Assembly (NCBI RefSeq): GCF_006345805.1
Contig: NW_021825825.1
Span: 1-14,479, forward strand
Length of the DNA: 14,479 bases
Origin: Octopus sinensis
Taxonomy: Eukaryota
Direction: 5' to 3'
Made by a program: the position numbers and the translations under genes. Below, in pieces: positions 1-8,347 of the stretch (position 1 is the stretch's first letter; each line of letters opens with the position of its first letter). Under the pieces are notes generated by a model. It had not been told where the DNA came from. It searched no databases and worked only from the letters and a program-made list of their open reading frames with translations.

Positions 1-141
1 TCGAAACCTGGAGGCAAACTTGTGAATTAAAAGTTTGAGATAATCAAAATTCTTCCAAAGCATTTCAGTTGATATAAATAGACGGGAAACTGCCAGGGGC
101 TTTGAAGTCAATTGAGTAAGATACATTATGTCCATGAATGT

Positions 142-270
142 AATAATATTTTCTGCTGTAGGTACAAGGTCTGAAATTTTGTGGGATTGAGCTTTGTCGA
201 TTATATTGAACCCAATGCTCTACGGATACTTATTTAATCGACACCGAAAGGATGGAGGGTAATTTGAACT
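142..270 (-). mobile_element. tRNA-derived SINE fragment (Meta-like family), head missing, internal deletion
   Basis: The reverse complement matches the B-box and central domain of the copy at 3823-4050 (agttcaaatt...ccttc/tcatcctttcgg..tcgat.aaataagta.c...gcatt/ctggg.tc.at). About 16-18 nt are missing between 'gagggt' and 'aatttgaact' relative to that copy. Confidence 0.8.
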
Positions 271-320
271 AAACTTCACGAATTTGCTGGTCTTGTACCA
301 GAATTTGAAATTACTGTTAT
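271..320 (+). mobile_element. Isolated 3' tail fragment of the same SINE family
   Basis: cgaatttgctggtcttgtaccagaatttgaaattac resembles the tail of the 674-892 copy (cgaatttactggccttttgccaatatttgaaatcaa). Confidence 0.6.
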
Positions 321-334
321 TGATTAAAAACGAT

Positions 335-647
335 AAACGTCGCCCTTTTCAAGCCTAGCTAGGCTCATGGGTCTGCTTTTCCGGTTTCTGTGGCGTATGT
401 GTTCCTCCCACCCAGCTGGACTGGACGCCAGTCCATCGCAGAGTTACTCAAGAAATAGGAAGAGAGAGTGAGAGAAAGTTGTGGCGAAAGAGTACAGCGA
501 GAGTCGCTACCAGCCCCTGCCGGTGCCTCGTAGAGCTTTTAGGTGTTTTCGCTCAATAAACGCACACAACGCCCGGTGTGAGAATCGAAACCGCGATCCT
601 CCGACCGCGAGTCTGCTGTTCTACCCACTGGGCGATTGCGCCACCAC
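335..647 (-). mobile_element. tRNA(Arg)-like SINE with V-domain-like 3' region
   Basis: The minus strand begins gtggtggcgcaatcgcccagtgggtag (A-box-like), then gactcgcggtc (anticodon-arm-like) and ggtttcgattctc (B box, 592-580). It contains ctgcgatggactggcgtccagtccag, which resembles the V-SINE domain (family name from memory). It ends in a 14-bp palindrome agcctagctaggct (352-365). Confidence 0.8.
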
Positions 648-673
648 ATTATTAATTTAAATATGAGAAAGTC

Positions 674-889
674 GGTGAACGAGAAGAATTGATAGCACGC
701 CAAGTAATTTGCTTAGCGGCATTTAGGCCGTCTTCATGTTTTGAATTTTAAATCTCCCGAGGTAGACTTAGCCTTTGATCCTTTTCGCGTCGATGATATA
801 AGTCCCAGTTGAGTACTGGGGGGGGGGATAGATTCGACTTAACCCCTTTCCCGAATTTACTGGCCTTTTGCCAATATTTGAAATCAATA

Positions 890-892
<3 letters not shown>
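674..892 (+). mobile_element. Diverged, near full-length tRNA-derived SINE (Meta-like family)
   Basis: Colinear with 3823-3990: tagcacgcc, tgcttagcggcattt, degenerate B box ttgaatttaaatct, gaggtagacttagcctttgatccttt, gtcgat, ataagt, ccagtt, actgggg. Confidence 0.85.
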
Positions 893-928
<36 letters not shown>

Positions 929-1074
929 ATTTGGCTCAAAAGCAAATAGCAAGGCCATGTAGGGGGACATGGAGTTAAGTACAGGGTGGTGTTCATGTAA
1001 AGAGTTCAGGCCACTTGAGGACCAGGGAGGCTTTGAACAAAGCGGTCGTCGGCATCTTCACCATCTCGTCTGGC
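893..1074 (-). mobile_element. 5'-truncated CR1-type LINE 3' end (ORF2 C-terminus, 3'UTR, (CTAA)n tail)
   Basis: Minus strand 1076-993 reads WPDEMVKMPTTALFKASLVLKWPELFT*, which fits the CR1 ORF2 C-terminal pattern (LPxxVVxxxSxxxFKxxLDxxW). A short UTR and a tandem tail seen as (TTAG)n at 890-928 follow. The insertion is flanked by the direct repeat caatatta (885-892 and 1075-1082). Confidence 0.8.
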
Positions 1075-1682
1075 CAATATTAATTGTAATTACATTCATT
1101 ACTACAACGACGAGGATTGTGAACCTGGCGCATTCTGTAGATCAATTTTTATTCTTTTTTCGAATGTGTTTCAACTTTCATTTCGCTGCCCCTTTTGAAC
1201 CGGCAAAACTTTGAGAAGTAAGCAACTGTAATTATGAGGCCAACTGTCCAAGAAAAAAAAATCCAAACGTATTTGTCTAGAAATATCTCAGACTCGCCAT
1301 TCGAATCAAAAACGAGCTCTGTGAGGTTAAGAGTAAACACCATGGAAGTGTTCTGCGAAAAAAGTTAACGTTGATGCTTTGATATATTTTTCTTTCATTC
1401 TCTGATATCGTTTAATCACGAAGTTATATTCAGCTAAGATTTGTGTTCAAAAATTTCAGGCATTGCATTTCGTGAAAGTCTACCAACCTACTTCATAACT
1501 AGACTAAAGTGAGTGGATATAAACAGTTGCAAAATGTATGGAAGCACATAAGAAATATTTTAATATTTTAAATAGTAGCGATTTTAACAATCGAAGTCGA
1601 AACGTAGATTTTACGCACACACAGATATATTTGATGGAGTGAAAATATATTTGTAAATCTCAATGTGTGAGTATGAATGTGC

Positions 1683-1700
1683 GTGTATATACATACACGC

Positions 1701-1774
<74 letters not shown>

Positions 1775-1867
1775 GCATACCTATGTGACACACTAACACA
1801 CACACGCACGTACACGCACTCACACTCACACACACATACACACACACATACATGTATATATATATAT

Positions 1868-1915
<48 letters not shown>

Positions 1916-1986
1916 GCATACCTATGTGACACACTAACACACACACGCACGTACACGCACTCACACTCACACACACACACACACAC

Positions 1987-2027
<41 letters not shown>

Positions 2028-2035
2028 TATATACA
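1683..2035. repeat. Compound (TA)n/(CA)n microsatellite containing a 141-bp tandem duplication
   Basis: gcatacctatgtgacac occurs at 1775 and 1916, and catg at 1851 and 1992. The copies differ by one base (T1835 vs C1976) over about 100 bp. Confidence 0.95.
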
Positions 2036-2465
2036 TCTTTAGACACAAACTTAAAATAAGTTGAGCTTACTAGGTAATATAGTGGCGCAGTTCACAAAAT
2101 ATTCAATCCAGCACAGATGACAAATGCAATTTGTTTGTTTAGCAATCATACATATGATCTACGTATTTGATTACACAATTATATAAGGTTTCAAATATTT
2201 CCATCTCGAGGCAATATAAATATTTGTTAATCAAAGCAAACATGCTATAAACTCATTGCTGACATCTATATGTTAGATGTCCAAGCTTCTCTAAGCAACT
2301 CCAAATGAGGGAATTAAACTTTGTTAAAAACTGGCATGTATTAGTATAGAATACAGCTTCATTACATATGAATAAAATATTGGTGCTAATATTTGAAAAT
2401 ATATGTCGAAAGGATTAACACGTATGTCTATGATGCTCCACGAAATTTTCAAATGTCAGACTTAC

Positions 2466-2617
2466 AGCACTCTTGTCACGTGCTACACATCGAAGGTCCG
2501 GAGACGTCTTGTGATTCATGCGTCGCTCAACCGATATCCTACGATCGAAATGATTTTGATGTAAACTGCGTCGGATCATGTCTATCGAATCGTTCGATTT
2601 ATTGTTTGCTTGTGGAT
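2466..2617 (-). CDS. Candidate internal exon of an unidentified gene (152 bp)
   Basis: Minus-strand acceptor tgttcttgtttctatgcctgtAG and donor GTAAGT (2465-2460). Only one frame is open: (D)PQANNKSNDSIDMIRRSLHQNHFDRRISVERRMNHKTSPDLRCVARDKSA. No protein family recognised. Confidence 0.33.
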
Positions 2618-3822
2618 CTACAGGCATAGAAACAAGAACACACACACTCAGTAGCACACACACACACACACACACAATATGTATATAAAATTAAGAAAGA
2701 GAACAAATTTCAGAGGCCAGTGTTCATATTCACTTCATCCGTTTTAAATTGTCAGAATTCTCCACAATATACATATACGCATGCATATATACATATGCAT
2801 TTATATACACAAGATATAGTAAAAATTCATCAGAATCAATAAATATATAAATATATATAAATGTATAAACCTATAAATTTATTTTTAAAAATATAACTAT
2901 ATATATACATAAGTGTACTTGCGACGTTGAATGTCCGTATTAAAATCAATGAGGAGGGAAAATGAGAAAGTTTGTGCATAACGATTTCAAGAGGAATCCT
3001 GAATAAGTGGAAAGTCTAACGGCCGTTTCGGGAAGATATTGGTTGCTATGACCGAGCTAACTCCAACCAATTTTATAATCTTTATATATATATTTTCGTT
3101 TTTTTTCAATATTAATATGTAAAAGTATAACTCTGTTTGCTTTTTTCTACTAGTGCACCGGCTATGTTATATTTTACCATACACACGTGGTGCTATTTAA
3201 ATTATATTTCGTCTCGACCTGTTACCATTTTTTAAACATGTCCTTTTTTTTTATTATGTTAATAGTTTACTGCACATATAGACGTGCATACACATTGATA
3301 TGTCTGTCTTTTTTTCTCTTTCGTCTCTCTCACTATTATTATTACTGTTATTTTTCCCTTTTACAACTTGCTTGTAAATATCTGATTTTTCCCTATTTGC
3401 TCTTTTGTATTGTCCCTTATTGTATTTTATTTTTATTTATTTTATTAAACCTTTTTTGGACAGCTACAATACTGAGCGCTATTCAGTATTTTCTCGCGAA
3501 CGACATGATACGCACATTGAGGCGACAGATGGCAGCGGCGCCGGCAGAACAAGAACCAACCGAGTAGATGCTGTCGAGGAATGCCGACTCCGGGGTGCGG
3601 TAGTAACTGCAGTTATGGCAGCGACCACTGTTCCACTGGTCCCGTTATTTATAAACGGAGCACATACCCGGTAGCATTTCTGACCGTTGCACTGTATGTC
3701 AGAGTAAAGGAGGAATGAAACGGAGCGCGGGTAAAAGGCAGGAGTAAGCATGAAGGGCGAAATTGAAATGACGTTGTTCGCCCCGAATGTTTTTGCAATG
3801 TTAAACGGTTTTGCGATGAAGC

Positions 3823-4050
3823 AGCGAGCTGGCAGAAACGTTAGCACGCCGGGCGAAATGCGTAGCCGTATTTCGTCTGTCATTACGTTCTGAGTTCAAA
3901 TTCCGCCGAGGTCGACTTTGCCTTTCAATCTTTCGGGGTCGATAAAATAAGTACCAGTTACGCACTGGGGTCGATGGAATCGACTTAATACCTATGTCTG
4001 TCCTTGTTTGTCCCATCTATGTTTAGCCCCTTGTGGGTAATAAAGAAATA
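3823..4050 (+). mobile_element. Full-length, young tRNA-derived SINE (Meta-like central domain) with 16-bp TSD
   Basis: A box tggcagaaacgt (3830-3841), B box gagttcaaattcc (3892-3904), central gcctttcaatctttcggggtcgataaaataagtaccag, and A-rich end aataaagaaata. Perfect direct repeat ggttttgcgatgaagc at 3807-3822 and 4051-4066. Confidence 0.95.
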
Positions 4051-4659
4051 GGTTTTGCGATGAAGCCCGTTCAGATCGGCTTCTTTGTACCGGTGAAACG
4101 GTGACGGCCCGGCCGGCCGCAACCCGACACTCGTCGTCGTCATCAGTGTCGTCGTCATTAAGCACGATAGCAGGAGCCGAGTGGAAAAGGCTACCGAGGT
4201 GATGTTAAATATGTCCACGTATTATTGCCACTCGCAGTTGGTAACAGGGCAGTTTGAACGGGGCTTTAGCGAGCGTCTCACGATTGGCCGGCAACAGCAA
4301 ATGCGTTGGTGACGATGAAAAGCAGATAAGCTCAGTGACTAGAAATAAAGTAGCACAGCGTAAAATCTCTGGATAGGAAATGAACGATAACCGATGCTTC
4401 CCCGTAATTTTCAAAGTGTACGACTATTTTGATGATTAGAATGTGAAAGAATGTTGAGATCTACTGTATTCCATGTTGTAGATAATTCTATGAGTTTGTG
4501 CTGTTAAGTGGGTTTTCATAATCAATAAGCTAGTCAAATGTGTGCGTCCACAGAATCAGGCTGTCATCTAAGTAAAGTTTCCAGTTTACGAGTAAATACT
4601 TACGAAAGTGTAAGCAGCATGGACTGTGTCTCGTGTGTATACATTTCTGTATATATTTA

Positions 4660-4879
4660 TAAGTCGGTGCTGAAAGGTTCCTAGGTTCTGATAAAGAAAA
4701 TCCAGGAAGGACAGTCAATCATGATTTTATTCAACATATTCCACTCAAAGAATTTCATACATATTGCAGCGGCCCTCCCGTTTCTCTAGCCCCGCCCCCA
4801 AAGAAATTAGAAGTTTTGGCATCTTCAACCAAGGCTTTCACCACACCCTTATAGCCAGGGACTTCTCAGCATCCCCTCG
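4660..4879. mobile_element. Decayed non-autonomous Tc1/mariner-type MITE (~220 bp)
   Basis: Imperfect TIRs: left taagtcggtgctgaaaggttcctaggt vs reverse complement of right cgaggggatgctgagaagtccctggct (17/27 matches by hand). TA at 4658-4659 and AA at 4880-4881 (TSD apparently mutated). No coding capacity. Confidence 0.7.
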
Positions 4880-4885
4880 AATAAG

Positions 4886-5055
4886 TTTATGTATGTATAT
4901 ATGAATGTGTATAAATATATATTGATATATGTATATATATATATGTATATATGTATATATATGTATGTATATATGTATATATATATATATATTGTATGTG
5001 CATATATATATATGTATATATGTGTGTATATATATATGTATGTATGAATTTATGC

Positions 5056-5088
<33 letters not shown>

Positions 5089-5139
5089 TGTATGTATATA
5101 TATATATATACATATATATATAATATATATATATGTATG

Positions 5140-5193
<54 letters not shown>

Positions 5194-5212
5194 TATTTAT
5201 GTATGTATGTAT
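4886..5212. repeat. Compound (TA)n/(TATG)n microsatellite
   Basis: Directly visible. Confidence 0.97.
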
Positions 5213-5214
5213 CT

Positions 5215-5422
5215 TTTCGCCATGATAAATCGCTAGCCACTACACATTCTTTATTTTCTCTATTTTCTCTCCTTGTTTCTTTCTCTGTTCCTTTCTGTGT
5301 AGTGTAAGAGCATAGGCTCGAAACGTTAAAGACTTTTTCACTTCATAAGCGTTATTCTAATACATCTGTTTGTTGTCTACACTACCTGTCTTTAGCTTTT
5401 GTTATTTTTTCCTGATTTCCCT

Positions 5423-5426
<4 letters not shown>
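5215..5426 (+). mobile_element. ~210-bp microsatellite-flanked element with a hammerhead-like motif (PLE pLTR or retrozyme-like), copy 1
   Basis: Homologous to the reverse complement of 11669-11872. Shared blocks include tcgccatg, tcgctagc, ttctctccttgtttct (16 exact), taggctcgaaacgt (14 exact) and ctaatac. Bounded on both sides by simple repeats. Confidence 0.75.
5291..5331 (+). ncRNA. Degenerate minimal type-I hammerhead ribozyme-like motif
   Basis: Stem I CTTT/AAAG, CTG, stem II GAGC-atag-GCTC, GAAA, palindromic stem III ACGT. The core is disrupted by a gtgta duplication, and the base at the cleavage position is U. Confidence 0.45.
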
Positions 5427-5449
<23 letters not shown>

Positions 5450-5459
<10 letters not shown>

Positions 5460-5644
5460 TATTAGAGACAAAACCACTATTTTGCAAAACAAACAAGGAA
5501 AGACTTAATCAATACATAAAATTTTAATAAATAGTCAAAAAAAAGTGGCGGTTTTTTGACTATTTATAAAAATTTTATGTATTGATTAAGTCTTTCCTTG
5601 TTTGTTTTGCAAAATAGTGGTTTTGTCTCTAATAATATTTTATA
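5450..5644. repeat. Near-perfect long inverted repeat (foldback): 93-bp arms, 9-nt spacer
   Basis: Arms 5450-5542 and 5552-5644 pair at 92/93 positions (single mismatch 5526/5568). Spacer aagtggcgg. Checked base by base. Confidence 0.97.
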
Positions 5645-5721
5645 ATATTTTACTATAAAATTGGATTTAATCCTAAATCTGATTTTCCCTGTAAATTTGG
5701 ATTTATTCCCTAATATTTATT

Positions 5722-5742
5722 ATTATATATATATATTATATA

Positions 5743-5841
<99 letters not shown>

Positions 5842-5880
5842 TTATATATATGCATACACACTCATACTTATATATATATA
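5722..5880. repeat. (TA)n microsatellite
   Basis: Directly visible. Confidence 0.97.
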
Positions 5881-6035
5881 GAAATAAAATTTATAGAAAG
5901 AGATAGCGAAAAAGAAAATATATTATATACGATAGTGAAAACAACGGAGCAAAGAAAAGCATATGAATTGATAAAGATTAGTATAAAAGTACAGAAAATA
6001 AACCCTAAAATAAATACAAAAATATGAGGGGAGAA

Positions 6036-6036
<1 letters not shown>

Positions 6037-6068
<32 letters not shown>
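6037..6068. repeat. (GA)n microsatellite
   Basis: Directly visible. Confidence 0.95.
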
Positions 6069-6070
<2 letters not shown>

Positions 6071-6139
6071 TGGGAGAAAGCGAGAGGGAGGCGGAAATGA
6101 AACAAAATAAATGAAGTACAAATATGAGAAGTGTGTCAT

Positions 6140-6470
6140 CGTCGCCATAGTGATTAATGTAATAATAATTATAAGGATGATCCTAATGACGACAATGCTG
6201 ATTAGACTGGTGATGATGATCTCAGGGGTGGTGTCCGGGATGGTGATGGTGATGGTGATGACGAGTCTGGTGTGGGATTGGATAATACTGGCTGTGTTGA
6301 AGGTGGAGATGTGTTGAAGGATGAGGAGGAGCAGCAGGGGAGCCGACGACGTAGATGTGATGGGGGACAGGTAGTAGAATCAGTGATGCTGTTGGTTAAG
6401 GTAACACTGATGCGCATGCCCATGATGATAACGGCGACAACGACGATAATGATGGCGATGTTGACGACGT
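6140..6470. repeat. Degenerate (GAT/GGT/GAC)n low-complexity region
   Basis: Runs of gatgat, ggtgatggtgat and gacgacgat. The overlapping ORFs are low-complexity in several frames. Confidence 0.75.
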
Positions 6471-6835
6471 CAGAGTATGCAACACAAACAAGTTATAGAA
6501 ATAACACTCTAAGATGAGGGGGAGTTATTAAATATAAGGAAAACAATCTGCCACAGTTTATGAATGACCACGCGTACTTTCACTACACTGTCCATATATT
6601 ATTTTTCTATGTCAATAATTCATAACTACTTGTCGAATCGTAAAATTCTTCCTTTCAGACAGTTTCTCTTTTATCTGATACGTTAGATTTCACGTCTTTC
6701 TTCGGCTTTTACTAAATTTTTCCTTATTTCTTTCGCTTTATTCTATTCCTTTCAATATCATTTTGTATTTTATTATATACTGGAAAAAGTGAATAGGAAT
6801 AGCCCACATAAAAATATAAAAAAAACCTGCATATT

Positions 6836-6876
6836 TATACATACATACATAAATACACACACACACACACACACAC

Positions 6877-6922
<46 letters not shown>

Positions 6923-6988
6923 ATATATATTTAAATATATATAATATATATGCATATGTAAATATATATATATATATATATATACATG

Positions 6989-7026
<38 letters not shown>

Positions 7027-7165
7027 AATATATATATATGTAAATATATATATATATACAACATATATAAATATACACATACATATATACATAAATATAT
7101 ATTAAGCATATATATATATATACATATATACACATACATATATATTATATATATATATATATATG
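6836..7165. repeat. Compound (CA)n/(TA)n microsatellite
   Basis: Directly visible. Confidence 0.97.
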
Positions 7166-7394
7166 TCTATGAGTAATTGTGCTATATGTGTGTGAGTATA
7201 TGCTACTGTGAATATATGTAAGTGTTTGTGATTGCGTTGGGAAGGAGACGTGGCCTATTTTCGTCGGAGGTGAAAAAGAATATACAAATAATAAAAGAAA
7301 ACAAACGCATAAGATTAGAAAAAATATTGTATTTTTTTTACATTTGGAAACAATGTAGGATTATTATTTTTGCAAATATATGAATTCAAACGTT

Positions 7395-7486
7395 TATATA
7401 TATATATATATATTATATGTATATTATATGTATATAGGTATATAATTTGTACATAAGCGTGTATATAAATGTGTATATGTTATATA

Positions 7487-7518
<32 letters not shown>

Positions 7519-7844
7519 ATATATATATATATATTTGAGCGTGTGCATGTATATATAGCAAAATAGATAGATAATTTCTTATTTCAATATATGTTTTTTT
7601 TTCTTTTCTATGTAGAGATACGTCGTCAGCGTTATTATTCAGTCTCGTATACTTGCATAGAAGCATGCAACCATATATATATACACATATAAGCATACAT
7701 GCATACATACATATATATATATATATGTATATAAATATATATTATATATATTATATATATATGCATATATATATGAGTATATATATATATATTAATATAT
7801 ATATATATATATACTTATATATATATATACTCATATATATATGC

Positions 7845-7878
<34 letters not shown>
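7395..7878. repeat. (TA)n-rich tracts (7395-7535 and 7672-7878) separated by a short unique island
   Basis: Directly visible. Confidence 0.9.
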
Positions 7879-8047
7879 GGCACGGGCGCGGCTGCACGGA
7901 AAGAAGACCGCTTCCTACCCACATGAATCCGGGCTCAGTCTCACCATGTAGCACGTTAGCCAAATGTATTGTATTATAGCCTCGAAGCGACCAAAACCTT
8001 GTAAGTATATTTGGTTGAGAGAAACTGACAGAAAGCCATCGTATATA

Positions 8048-8099
<52 letters not shown>

Positions 8100-8347
8100 T
8101 ATATATATATATAGATTATATATATATATATATATATATTGTATATATATATATGTGTGTGTGTTTTAGTTTTAGTGTACTTGTGTCTGTTTGTGACCTC
8201 AACATCACTTGACAACCGGTCGTGATGTGTTCCGTACCCGTAAATTAGCGATTCGGTGACAGGCGCCGATAGAATAAGTTGTACACTTACATAAAATAAG
8301 TTGTGGAGTCAAAATGTTCTATTAAATGCGGTGCTCTATCATGGCCG
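7878..8347 (+). mobile_element. Diverged CORE-type tRNA SINE with internal (TA)n/(TG)n microsatellite
   Basis: tRNA-like head (aggcacgggcgcggctgcacgg...ccgggctcagtc) and a degenerate CORE-like segment. The block ccaaaaccttgtaagtatatttggttgagagaaactgacagaaagccatcgtata is homologous to the reverse complement of 12361-12418. Internal repeat at 8042-8163. The 3' part (cttgacaacc...ccgatagaataag...gcggtgctctatcatggccg) is homologous to the reverse complement of 11950-12095. Confidence 0.85.

Noticed and set aside
570-647. tRNA gene
   Set aside because: The tRNA-like sequence continues into a SINE body and does not form a complete cloverleaf. The same applies to 3823-3905.
890-928. (TTAG)n as a telomere-like repeat
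   Set aside because: It is not TTAGGG (the usual molluscan telomeric unit) and is explained as the LINE tail bounded by a TSD.
1149-1343. Minus-strand ORF with a transmembrane-like segment (GLIITVAYFSKFCRFKR) as the next exon of the 2466-2617 model
   Set aside because: The available acceptors open this frame only in phase 1, but the 2466 donor is phase 0. The hydrophobicity partly reflects a poly(T) run.
1590-1612. cgaagtcGAAACGTAg motif
   Set aside because: No upstream CUGANGA-like core and no stems I or II.
5722-5830. TT/AA phase breaks inside (TA)n tracts as a deliberate palindromic code
   Set aside because: The breaks are not consistently paired. Single-base indels from slippage or consensus error explain them.
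6111-6517. Met/Val/Asp-rich ORFs and the Ser/Pro-rich antisense ORF
   Set aside because: Degenerate trinucleotide low-complexity sequence, open in several frames, with no clear splice boundaries.
6743-6802. Inverted repeat ctattcctttca / tgaataggaatag
   Set aside because: Short, contains an indel and lies in low-complexity AT-rich DNA, so it is within chance expectation.
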